IMG/VR virus record: IMGVR_UViG_2921473944_000001
Location: 1-64,000 of that record
Length of the DNA stretch: 64,000 nucleotides
From: a virus
Taxonomy: Duplodnaviria; Caudoviricetes
Reading direction: 5' to 3' (one strand)
The notes under the pieces are model-generated. The model was not told the origin of the DNA. It saw nothing but the letters and a program-made list of their open reading frames with translations, and did not search any database. Shown in pieces: positions 1 through 9,601 of this stretch. Numbering within the stretch: the stretch's first letter is position 1; every line of letters begins with the position of its first letter. Both the position numbers and the translations under genes were made by a program.

Positions 1-7
1 TTTGAAA

Positions 8-3000
8 TCACCTCCATATTAATCCGAGATTACCGTTTCCTCGGATTTCCCACACGAATCTACCGATTTTTAAGTTCTGGACGACTGTTGAATTAGTTAT
101 GTATAATTCATTGTTGCTTATATAAGCCACCTCATCATCGTTAAGCATAAAACTGATACGATTTTTAGTAAGCTTAAGTTCATATGAATCTTGTCCCGGA
201 ACGCGAGTAGCTCCAAGAACTAAATTACCATCTGCGTCAAACCGCATCCAATTACCTATTTCCTCCTTATAAGAAGAAAGGTCTCCGTTCAAACTTTCAA
301 GTTGTTTTGTTATTGTTGTAAATTCCACCTTGAAATCTCTAGCGGTAAGCGATGCTATGGCGTCACTGTTCTGTTGAATAACCGTTTTAGCATCGGTTAA
401 AGCTTTGTCTAAATTATTTGCTTTATTGGCAATCTCTGTTACAGTTTCCGTTGACGCTTTCATCGATATTTTTTCGTCTACTTGCTCTATAGCTGTATTA
501 GCTTCGGTAATACTCTTAATGAGATCTTCAGGAGCTGGCGTCCAGTCGGTTGCTTTGTTACCTTTTTCGAGTTTGAATGACGAAAACGCAATCACTTCAT
601 TTACTGCAAAGGTATTGTAGAAACAGATAGCTACGCCTCCCGTCTCTGTGGGTATATCTGTCCTAGAAACTATAGTGCATTCAAAGTATGACCATGTAGT
701 ACATAATTTCGGTCTTACTTTCCACGTAATATTAGATGCAAACTCTATCGTTGGGCTTAGCAATCCTTTATCAACAGAACAATACACCCAACCACTTAGA
801 GTTACAGTATCGCCCTTCATTATCTTGTTTGTATTATTGTAGCAACCAGCAGAAATATATAGGCCTGTACCAGCTTTTGTACACTTGCATTCTGTATATC
901 TTCCGCTTGGGTACTTAGTTGTATTGCATTCCTTTACTTCTGCGTCGTACCCACCTACTCCTTTATAGATCCATTTTGACAAATTGTCGGAGTCGATCAT
1001 TAAATTCCTTCCACCAACCTGCACACTGTCTGCTGTGCTGCCTACAGAATATGTGGTTGAAGTTGTGTTGTCAGTGTATGTAATGATTGTTCTAGACCAC
1101 AAATATGGTTTTGATGCACTGGTGCTTGGTATTGTCGTACTCCAAGTGCCTGTAGGTACTGCTACTCCTGTCATACCAGCCTGATATGTGACCGCTGTTG
1201 ATTTAATTCCCTTACCAGCAGCTCCTGTAGCACCAGTATTACCTTTATCGCCCTTTGGACCCTGAGCTCCCGTATCACCTTTAGGTCCTTGAGCACCAGT
1301 GTTGCCCATTTTACCTACGGAATATGATGTTGACGTGTTATTGTCAGTGTATGTAATTATAGTTCTAGTCCACAAATATGACCCAGCGGATACCGCCGGT
1401 ATCGTTGTAGACCAAGTACCAGTTGGGGTTACAACACCAGATGTACTCGCTTGATAGGTAATTGCTGTCGACTTAACACCTTTACCTGCAGCTCCTGTGT
1501 TACCTTTGTCACCTTTATCTCCTTTTACACCCTGAGGGCCCTGAGGCCCTGTATTACCTTTATCTCCTTTTACTCCTTGAGGCCCTGTAGCACCAGTATT
1601 ACCTTTATCGCCATACACACCTATGACTCGTTTCGTCGTATCAGAGGTAGAATTGTCAGTATATGCGATGGTCTCGTAATTCCATAGGTATCTATTAGTA
1701 GAAGTCATGGTTGGTACTGTGGTAGACCATGAAGTAGGTGCTGTGCTATTTGATGCTGATACTGCATAATGCTCAGTTACTGACTTGATACCTTTACCAG
1801 TAGCCCCTGTTGCTCCAGTTGCCCCTGTGGCCCCTTTGTCACCCTTTGGACCCGTGGCACCTGTAGCACCCTTATCGCCATAGGCTCCAATAATACAAGG
1901 CGCAGTTGTGCTAGCGACGCTACCGTCTGTGTACTTAATCACTTCATAATTCCAAAGGTATTTATTTGTGGCTGTAACAGATTGCACATTTGTAGTCCAT
2001 CCTGTAGTCGACGTGGTTACTCCGCTAGAGGCATTTGTGGCTAAGTAATAGTTTACAACTGAGCCAATACTTTTACCTGCAGCTCCTGTAGCCCCAGTGT
2101 TACCTTTGTCGCCTTTTGCCCCCGTATCACCCTTTTGACCCGTAACACATATCGGTGTGGTTGTAACAGTACTTCCTGACGTATAGGTAATAACGGATCT
2201 CGTCCAAATATACTCGCCATTAACCCATCCTGGATATGTAGTAGTCCATGAACCTCCAGCTAAAGATGTAGCTGATGTTGATTGGTAGTACTGCTCCACA
2301 ATGGATTTAACGCCATTACCTGTGGCACCTTTTGCTCCAGCGATACAAACTCCATTTTGATTTGGTGAGTATGTTTTATTTCCAGCACCATCAATAGTAA
2401 CAGTACGACTCCACATATACTTACCATTAACCCAAGCTGGTGCAATTGTAGTCCATGAACCTCCAGCTAATGACGTAGATGATGTTGAGAGATAATACTC
2501 CACGTCTACTTTCGCTATACTATCTTCAGGAGCTGGTGTCCAATCAGTTGCTTTGTTACCGAGTTCAAGTTTTATATTGGCTAAATATAAAGTCCCAGCT
2601 GAATTAAGTTTAAATGTTACGCTTCCAGTCCCTGTAGCGGTATATGTCATTTCGAACTTTTTCCACTCGGTGGACAAATTCGTTTCACCTATACCCTGTG
2701 TAATTCCGGCTCTATAGACGTTTAATTTTAGATTGGAGGAGGCTTTCGCAACAAACGATAAAGTATAAACGGTATTCAATAAATTATACCGATTGTTATA
2801 ATCGGTAGTGTATATGCGTTCCGAGGCGTATGCTGTCGAAAACACAACTTTAGCACATTTTGTATATGTTACATCATTTTCAATACTGACATTGACGTCG
2901 CCTTCCGTTGCGTATGCAGTTAACCATTTTTTAAAATCACCGTTTAACTTTAAATTCCTACCGCCGATCTGCAAATTATCGACTTTGTTCTGAGCGTTGG

Positions 3001-3304
3001 TTGCGGTATCTTGAGCTTTATTAGCCTTATTCCATGCGTCTTTCGCAGCTTCGTAGCTACTACTTTTGGATACTTCCGAAAAGCTAAAAGTTTTATCACT
3101 GTACACGTTACAATCTACAAAATATAATGTATTAGTTGAGCCCGAAATATAAGCCGGCTCAGTATCGCTCCAGCCATCGGGAGGATTCTTAGTCGGCTTT
3201 GTTGGTTTTGCTAATGTTGATCCTTGTAATTTGTAATAACGATAACATGCATAGATATCAATTACTTTTGATATTGTGATCTGAGAACTCGCTTTTATCG
3301 TCAT
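8..3304 (-). CDS. Tail fibre / receptor-binding protein with collagen-like repeats and two carbohydrate-binding-like domains
   Basis: 1098 aa. G-x-x collagen runs alternate with repeated 'GK(G/S)I/VKS..YY...W.T..P......YLW......YTD' modules. Two 'GGRNL...K(L)E(L/K)GNKATDWTPAPED' domains. Distal position in the tail module. Confidence 0.85.
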   Translation of the reverse strand: MTIKASSQITISKVIDIYACYRYYKLQGSTLAKPTKPTKNPPDGWSDTEPAYISGSTNTLYFVDCNVYSDKTFSFSEVSKSSSYEAAKDAWNKANKAQDTATNAQNKVDNLQIGGRNLKLNGDFKKWLTAYATEGDVNVSIENDVTYTKCAKVVFSTAYASERIYTTDYNNRYNLLNTVYTLSFVAKASSNLKLNVYRAGITQGIGETNLSTEWKKFEMTYTATGTGSVTFKLNSAGTLYLANIKLELGNKATDWTPAPEDSIAKVDVEYYLSTSSTSLAGGSWTTIAPAWVNGKYMWSRTVTIDGAGNKTYSPNQNGVCIAGAKGATGNGVKSIVEQYYQSTSATSLAGGSWTTTYPGWVNGEYIWTRSVITYTSGSTVTTTPICVTGQKGDTGAKGDKGNTGATGAAGKSIGSVVNYYLATNASSGVTTSTTGWTTNVQSVTATNKYLWNYEVIKYTDGSVASTTAPCIIGAYGDKGATGATGPKGDKGATGATGATGATGKGIKSVTEHYAVSASNSTAPTSWSTTVPTMTSTNRYLWNYETIAYTDNSTSDTTKRVIGVYGDKGNTGATGPQGVKGDKGNTGPQGPQGVKGDKGDKGNTGAAGKGVKSTAITYQASTSGVVTPTGTWSTTIPAVSAGSYLWTRTIITYTDNNTSTSYSVGKMGNTGAQGPKGDTGAQGPKGDKGNTGATGAAGKGIKSTAVTYQAGMTGVAVPTGTWSTTIPSTSASKPYLWSRTIITYTDNTTSTTYSVGSTADSVQVGGRNLMIDSDNLSKWIYKGVGGYDAEVKECNTTKYPSGRYTECKCTKAGTGLYISAGCYNNTNKIMKGDTVTLSGWVYCSVDKGLLSPTIEFASNITWKVRPKLCTTWSYFECTIVSRTDIPTETGGVAICFYNTFAVNEVIAFSSFKLEKGNKATDWTPAPEDLIKSITEANTAIEQVDEKISMKASTETVTEIANKANNLDKALTDAKTVIQQNSDAIASLTARDFKVEFTTITKQLESLNGDLSSYKEEIGNWMRFDADGNLVLGATRVPGQDSYELKLTKNRISFMLNDDEVAYISNNELYITNSTVVQNLKIGRFVWEIRGNGNLGLIWR

Positions 3305-3314
3305 GTTTTATCAC

Positions 3315-4004
3315 CTACTGTTCTAGCTGCGCTGTGATAGGTAGCATATTATCAACGGCTGCTGCGGTAATCGTATAGGTTTTAGCTGTTGCAACGGCTG
3401 CAGTATTTCCAGCTTTATACCATTTAACAACCCCGAGACTTCCACACGTTCCATCGTCAGCTATCGTCTGTTCTTTACCAGCGACAAACACATGAGCCGT
3501 TAACACTGTACTGCCTGCATTATTCTTGAAGACAGTGCCGTTAGAGGATGTAATACTCATAGTAATGGCATCTGCTCCATTTTTACCGTTAGCGCCAGGC
3601 TTGCCATCGGCTCCAGGCTTACCGTTAGCACCGTTTGTTCCAGCCTTTGCTACCGCGAACGAAAATTTCTTATTAACTGTTATTCCGTCTACAACTACTG
3701 GTATGGTTGCCTCACATGCTGCTGAAATTGTTGCAGTTGTTTTAAACGTAATCTTTACTTTTGCTGTACCGCTGTTCTCTACAGTTGCGCTCACTCCAGT
3801 CGGACATACAATGTCACTAGCTGTTACGTTAACTGCTGGGCACTGATTAGTTCCACAAAAAGCAACAGCCTCAGTCGAACAAGATGCGCCGGCAGCAACG
3901 CCACCTGGTCCACCGACGAATGTATATGCCTCACTTGTTAACATGACAGAATAAGCATCGGTTACGTCGATAATCGTGATTTGATCTGCTGATTTAATTG
4001 CCAT
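3315..4004 (-). CDS. Minor tail protein with short collagen-like segment
   Basis: N-terminus MAIKSADQITIIDVTD resembles that of the adjacent fibre; contains GxNGKPGADG repeats; RBS upstream. Confidence 0.7.
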   Translation of the reverse strand: MAIKSADQITIIDVTDAYSVMLTSEAYTFVGGPGGVAAGASCSTEAVAFCGTNQCPAVNVTASDIVCPTGVSATVENSGTAKVKITFKTTATISAACEATIPVVVDGITVNKKFSFAVAKAGTNGANGKPGADGKPGANGKNGADAITMSITSSNGTVFKNNAGSTVLTAHVFVAGKEQTIADDGTCGSLGVVKWYKAGNTAAVATAKTYTITAAAVDNMLPITAQLEQ

Positions 4005-4018
4005 TTTGAATTACTCCT

Positions 4019-5824
4019 TTACTCTATTAATTTGCACATGAAAGTTACTTTTGTATCTACATCATCGGGCGATAATTTGAATGTAAATCCTTTATCTCCA
4101 ATTCTAGGGTCTCCTGCTGAGATGATGCCGAATGAGTCTTCGTCTAATCTCTGCCATTCCCATTGAAGATACGTTTTACTACCAAATGCATTTTCTAATT
4201 CTTTACTGTTCGTTATACGTTTGGATCCGCTGTAAATAACAACAGAAAGTATTGTTATCACTTGATTGTTCTTAAATACGGTACCTCTTGACGATTCGAT
4301 TCTAAGTGTTACAGCATCCTTGCCATTAGTACCGCTATTGCCAGTCATAAGTACAGGAGCACCGTATTCAGTACGGCCATCGCCATACGTTGTTAATTGC
4401 CTTCGCCAAATGAATTTACCGTCTTCCCATTTCGGTGTTTCGGTATTCCATCCAGTTTGCGGGCTATCTGAGGTACTGTTGGATACAGCGTATTCTTCAA
4501 CCACCGACACAATAGCTGACTTCATTTCGTTATCGATATCTTTCAGCTTGTCTTCGAGAGTTTTGTTTGCAGAGGTAAACTTCACACTGCTCGCAGATAG
4601 TTCAAGTTTCCATTTACCATCAGTATCTTTGTAATACTTCAAATATGAATTGGAATCACCGAAAGCTATCTGACCTTCTTCATCGATATATGTGCCACGA
4701 ACACCAGCATTTACGTTATTCTTTACGCCAGAATATATAGCGGAGTCAGTTATTTCGAATCCACCGATCGTAGCGCCAAATGCCACTAAGTCATGCACGT
4801 TAACTTTCTCTGCCGTAACCGATTTAGCCATAAGAATAGAACCGTTCAAACTGTTATACTCGGTCTGTTCAGCAGTTGTCTTCATACCGTCCGTGTTTAA
4901 CTTGTAATAAAGACCGTCTGTCCCCTGAATGACCAACTTATCAGCCTTAACAGTTCCGCCTTCAATTAAATCTCCGATGATCGTTACGCCGACAAGTTTA
5001 CCGGTAACGCTAGTATCACCAATGACTAAATCTTTGATAATACCGGACGTTGCGTAGAAATGCTCAATAGCTGCTTTACCGATGTTAGCAAAGTCAATCT
5101 GAGCGTATTTAATCTCGGCATCATTAGCACTCAGTTTGTCTGTATCGAGTTTCTTGATGCTACCATCTATCGCAGTCAGCTTGTTTGTAGTAGTCTCTTC
5201 AAACTTAGCCTGCTGACCAGAAATCTCCCCAACTTTTACATTAGTAGCTTTAAGTTTCTCAACTGTTGCGTACTTGATATTAGCTACTTCAGCATCGAGT
5301 TTCTTCGTTTTCAAGTCGTCGATTTCTGCTTTTGCTGCCGTCAAGTCTTGTATGCTAGCTTTCTTCGTTTCAAGTTCTGTAATCTTCGCAGTAGCCGCTG
5401 TTAAGTCTCCAATCTCAGCTTTGTCAGACTGGAGTTTCTTAATATATCCCGTGTTTGCTTGTACTCTCTTGGCAAGCACAGTATTGAACTTAGTAATCTG
5501 ATCAACACCACTACTAAGGTCATTGAAGTCTTCTGTTCTAACTGATGGAGATGATATGTTACCTGTCACTGTAGCTGTATGATTTTTAATCGATACGGAT
5601 ACTCTGTCACCGACATTTGCGTTTGCAGTTGTCGAATCAGCGCTAGGTCTTTCATTATCTGACAAAGGCGTTAACTGATCTGAGCCATCGAGTTTAACAT
5701 ACTTATTACCATTACCGTCTGATACAACGACACCGTATACTGTAGTCTCGCTACCTTTATTGTTTCCTCTATTGTCGTTAACGACTTTGGCAAATTGTGA
5801 AATAATATCGTAAGACAGCTCCAT
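4019..5824 (-). CDS. Minor tail / tail spike-like protein
   Basis: 601 aa with coiled-coil heptads. Shares the 'W....P.W..GK.IW.R....Y.DG' module and 'SSxGTVFKNN' with neighbouring tail proteins. Confidence 0.7.
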   Translation of the reverse strand: MELSYDIISQFAKVVNDNRGNNKGSETTVYGVVVSDGNGNKYVKLDGSDQLTPLSDNERPSADSTTANANVGDRVSVSIKNHTATVTGNISSPSVRTEDFNDLSSGVDQITKFNTVLAKRVQANTGYIKKLQSDKAEIGDLTAATAKITELETKKASIQDLTAAKAEIDDLKTKKLDAEVANIKYATVEKLKATNVKVGEISGQQAKFEETTTNKLTAIDGSIKKLDTDKLSANDAEIKYAQIDFANIGKAAIEHFYATSGIIKDLVIGDTSVTGKLVGVTIIGDLIEGGTVKADKLVIQGTDGLYYKLNTDGMKTTAEQTEYNSLNGSILMAKSVTAEKVNVHDLVAFGATIGGFEITDSAIYSGVKNNVNAGVRGTYIDEEGQIAFGDSNSYLKYYKDTDGKWKLELSASSVKFTSANKTLEDKLKDIDNEMKSAIVSVVEEYAVSNSTSDSPQTGWNTETPKWEDGKFIWRRQLTTYGDGRTEYGAPVLMTGNSGTNGKDAVTLRIESSRGTVFKNNQVITILSVVIYSGSKRITNSKELENAFGSKTYLQWEWQRLDEDSFGIISAGDPRIGDKGFTFKLSPDDVDTKVTFMCKLIE

Positions 5825-5830
5825 GAGTTA

Positions 5831-6925
5831 TCACCCCCATAATTTAGATGTGAATGTTGCAGTTTCAGATACAGGACAACCTTGAGTGCATGATATAGCC
5901 TGACTAATAACTCTAGCTTTAATATTTTTCATACCAGCTTTTGAGTAATTTAGTCTTACACAGTCTCCTACTCGCGCCGGACAATAAGCGTGTTTATAAC
6001 TTATCTTGTATTCAATTGTTGAAAGGGATTTAAGTAAGCGATTTGCATAGTCTTGAATTTGGGCTTGAGTAACATACCCTGCAAGATTTGGTTTTGTATC
6101 TCTGTGGATAATTTCTCGTCCTCTATTTTGAATTGAAATAGGACTGTTGACGTCTTCATTCTTTGCGATAGCCTGTTTGTAATCTGATCCATGTGAATAT
6201 ATGACTTCTACAACGTTTGGGATGCCGTATAAGTCATGGTTCATAGTAATGCTCGGATACAAAATAGAACTGTTATCGTCATTGTAAGTCCATACCGGCT
6301 GAAGAGATTCGATATCCTGTTTAGGTACAAACAATATCTCTCCTCGCTCGGTCAGACCTAATTCATACTTAGCGTTTGCTATAAGATCTATCACGAAGCT
6401 CAACCATGTGTCATCCGTATTAGCTACGAAATCCTGATAAAGCTTCGGTGATACATCTTTAAGTCCTCCGCTGTCTTTCTCGTAAGTTGGCTCTACTTTT
6501 GCTACTGGAGCTCTCGCATTTTCTGAAACAATCCGATATGCAGCATCCATGATGTTAGTCCCTTTACGAATCGTATAACCAAGTGGCGGTTTTTTTTCTT
6601 TAAGTTCAATCAACGTTGTATAGCAGTCCATTGATACATCTTTAACGATACCGTCGAAAGCAGTTTTCGGTGTCTGGCATAAAACTGTACCTAATGGAAA
6701 CTTCTCTGTAAGTCCATTTTGAATTGTTTTAAGATAGCACCGAATATAGCTTTCCCCGATTGATTCAGTAGCGTCAATAGTTGCAGACCCCAATGTCTGG
6801 GAATCATTATCTCTATCGAACGAACCTGACGTGATGATATCGAGTTTCTTTACATCAGCCAGAGTAGTTGGATCTACTGTATAATACTCGAACGATTGGT
6901 CCATTGATTTGGTCCAGTCTGGCAT
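5831..6925 (-). CDS. Minor tail protein (baseplate hub/Tal-like)
   Basis: 364 aa, located two genes after the tape measure; function assigned from position. Confidence 0.5.
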   Translation of the reverse strand: MPDWTKSMDQSFEYYTVDPTTLADVKKLDIITSGSFDRDNDSQTLGSATIDATESIGESYIRCYLKTIQNGLTEKFPLGTVLCQTPKTAFDGIVKDVSMDCYTTLIELKEKKPPLGYTIRKGTNIMDAAYRIVSENARAPVAKVEPTYEKDSGGLKDVSPKLYQDFVANTDDTWLSFVIDLIANAKYELGLTERGEILFVPKQDIESLQPVWTYNDDNSSILYPSITMNHDLYGIPNVVEVIYSHGSDYKQAIAKNEDVNSPISIQNRGREIIHRDTKPNLAGYVTQAQIQDYANRLLKSLSTIEYKISYKHAYCPARVGDCVRLNYSKAGMKNIKARVISQAISCTQGCPVSETATFTSKLWG

Positions 6926-6926
6926 A

Positions 6927-9599
6927 TTACATTCCTCCTTCTACTCTTGTGATGTCAAGTGATACTGGTATTGTGAGTTCTCTATGAGTTGTGCTGAACG
7001 ACACTTTTACGTTAGCCCAGTATCCCAAACCTGATGGTTCACGTACATAAGCATCACCAGCCCATATAGATAATCTTCGTAACGCATAAATTGTTTCACT
7101 GTCTTCTCTATCGATTTCAACGTTCCAGTTAGATGTTTCGCCAAGCTGTGTACCATAGTAGCTTACTGGATGTTTTCGTCCGGCGTATTCAATCAACTTA
7201 ACTTCGGTCTGTCGTTTGTCGTCTGTGTCAATGTTGTATGGTAGTAAAAGCATTGAGCCAGACCAGTCCGGAACATCCATTTCTATTACATCGGTTGTGT
7301 CAAATGGATTCCACGCTTCGTCCCACTGAATGATAACTGCTCCTCCGTCAACTTTGTACCCAGGCATGTCATAGAAACTAATAGCTCCTGTATGCATATC
7401 TTTTGCTACTAATCGATATCGGGCATAATCAAGTGATGGATGCGGGTCTGTTACGGATGTTTTATTATTAGGAATATTAGTAGCAATTTCTGTGAAACTA
7501 CCATCATATTCTCTACGATATACAGCTAACGATAAGTCTTCGATTAACTGACCATCGCTATTAACACAATACGGACTGATAATAGCTGTGAATGATTTTT
7601 TATCAACTGTAATATCAGCATCAATTTTATAACTCAAATCTTTCCAATTAACTGTAAATTGGTGTGACTGTTCAATAGTAAGCCCGTTATTCATATTCAC
7701 TGTACAATAAACTGTATAGCTAATACCGGTTTCGAGGTCTATGTTATTAGCAGACATCTCTACTACTAGTGTTTCAGAAGTATCGAAATACTTAGAATAC
7801 ACGTCGTCACCTTTATTCACAATTCTGTTTTTTCCGGTATCGTCTACTGTTTCATAGCCACTTCCAGCGGCAACTCTTAAATGATATCCAACTGGCTTTT
7901 GGTATTCATAACTTGATAGTGATACATATCCACGAATATAGAACGGAAATGATGTTAACGTAGTGATAAGTGCTCCGCTACCGGCTAAATCGTTTGTCAT
8001 TGATAGATTCAAAACTGGCTTTTCGTAAATATAAACAGTGCGTTCAACTGACCATGCCGTATTACTAAACTCGTCTGTAACGCCTGCAGTGCGAACTTTC
8101 CACTGAATTTTTGCATTTTTCAATTTAGCATGACTGGTATTCAATAATACTCTTAGCTGTCCTTTATACGATATAGATACCCCGTATGTGAAGTCTGATT
8201 TGTCTTCTTTTTCACCAGTCGTATCATTAGTGGTGTTCTCAAATATGAACGAACACCAATCGTCGTTTCCTATTTTGATACTTAGTTCAGCATACGATTG
8301 TTTAGAATTATCGGTTGGATTATGTGTCCAGTTAAGCTCCAATGATTCGCCAACAAAAGCCGAGCTTGCTGATGACCATGTCGTAGGTGCAGCTGGTGGT
8401 GTTCCAATTGGTATTGTTACACTATCTGTAGGGTCTGATGTGCCGTAGCTATTGACTGCACGTACCCGGAAGAAGTAATCGTGACCATTATCAATGTCTG
8501 TTATTTCGATTGATGTTCGCTTGTCTTCAGTGCTAACCGATTTGATGTTTCCTGAACCATTATCGAAGTCTGCTTTTACAGTCGAGTATTCGACTGTGTA
8601 CTTTGTAGCATTAGACACGGCAGTCCATTCTAAATATGCGGAAATAGAGCCGTCTGTACGTTTGTTTCGTCTGTATGATGTTATGCTATTCGGTGCCGAC
8701 GGTTTTGTGCTGACTTCACTCGAAAAGTCTGACCAAGCACTTGCTGTACCTTTTGAGTTGACAGACTGAGCCCTTACTGTATATACAGACCCTGGCTCTA
8801 CTGTATACTGATATGATACGTGGTTTGCTGTTGTATTAATCGTTATAGGATTCGACGTATGTATACTGGCTGAATTATCTTTGACAATATTGAATCTAAC
8901 GCTTACAGCATCTAATTCTGCGGCTTTTATATTGGAAAAGCTCATTGTCATTGTCAGGTCGTCGATTTTAACAGTAGGAGCGCCTGGAGATAATGGTGGA
9001 TTGTTACTGAAATCATATTCTTTCGCTACTGACCACTTGCCACCAGTCCAATAAGGAACGTCATTATTATTGCTATCTTTATACTTCGACGAATTTGGTA
9101 AAACCTCAAATTTAACTTTAGTCGCCTCAGCACTTGCACTATACTCACAGAAACAATAAGAATCGTTTGATCCTGATGTATTACCTACCGTTCCGATGAC
9201 CCATTTTCCGTATTTATACTCATACCAACGATATGTAAAGTTTTCAGTATAAGGTCGGCTAAATGTCCACTCAGCATAGACCGAACGATTCTTAGATGTT
9301 GTATTATTACTTGCTTGTAGAGCAACGACATTGACGACTGGTTGTGTTTGGTAAGTAGGTTTCGGAGCAGGAGTTGAACCCCCGCCGCCTCCAGAAGAAC
9401 CTGAAGAGCCCGATGAGGACCCTCCAGATAATTTGAGAACCTGACCAACATATATCAGGTTTCTGTTTTTAATACTGTTTAACGATACTAGGGTATTGAT
9501 CTTTTCATTCCTGGTACTTCCAGATATACTTGAGCCGTATGTTCCACAAATACCCCATAAGGTATCACCACGTTTGACTGTATATGTTGTTATTGCCAT
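6927..9599 (-). CDS. Tail protein with N-terminal LysM and fibronectin type III domains
   Basis: 'YTVKRGDTLWGI...INTLVSLNSIKNRNLIYVGQVLKL' is a LysM motif, followed by a Gly/Ser linker. 'YTVRAQSVNSKGTASAWS' and 'YFFRVRAVNSYGTS' are FN3 motifs. Directly after the tape measure. Confidence 0.8.
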   Translation of the reverse strand: MAITTYTVKRGDTLWGICGTYGSSISGSTRNEKINTLVSLNSIKNRNLIYVGQVLKLSGGSSSGSSGSSGGGGGSTPAPKPTYQTQPVVNVVALQASNNTTSKNRSVYAEWTFSRPYTENFTYRWYEYKYGKWVIGTVGNTSGSNDSYCFCEYSASAEATKVKFEVLPNSSKYKDSNNNDVPYWTGGKWSVAKEYDFSNNPPLSPGAPTVKIDDLTMTMSFSNIKAAELDAVSVRFNIVKDNSASIHTSNPITINTTANHVSYQYTVEPGSVYTVRAQSVNSKGTASAWSDFSSEVSTKPSAPNSITSYRRNKRTDGSISAYLEWTAVSNATKYTVEYSTVKADFDNGSGNIKSVSTEDKRTSIEITDIDNGHDYFFRVRAVNSYGTSDPTDSVTIPIGTPPAAPTTWSSASSAFVGESLELNWTHNPTDNSKQSYAELSIKIGNDDWCSFIFENTTNDTTGEKEDKSDFTYGVSISYKGQLRVLLNTSHAKLKNAKIQWKVRTAGVTDEFSNTAWSVERTVYIYEKPVLNLSMTNDLAGSGALITTLTSFPFYIRGYVSLSSYEYQKPVGYHLRVAAGSGYETVDDTGKNRIVNKGDDVYSKYFDTSETLVVEMSANNIDLETGISYTVYCTVNMNNGLTIEQSHQFTVNWKDLSYKIDADITVDKKSFTAIISPYCVNSDGQLIEDLSLAVYRREYDGSFTEIATNIPNNKTSVTDPHPSLDYARYRLVAKDMHTGAISFYDMPGYKVDGGAVIIQWDEAWNPFDTTDVIEMDVPDWSGSMLLLPYNIDTDDKRQTEVKLIEYAGRKHPVSYYGTQLGETSNWNVEIDREDSETIYALRRLSIWAGDAYVREPSGLGYWANVKVSFSTTHRELTIPVSLDITRVEGGM

Positions 9600-9601
9600 G
9601 G

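Noticed and set aside
8-9599. Diversity-generating retroelement or invertible tail-fibre shufflon
   Set aside because: No reverse transcriptase, recombinase, template/variable repeat pair or inverted cassettes are seen in the window.
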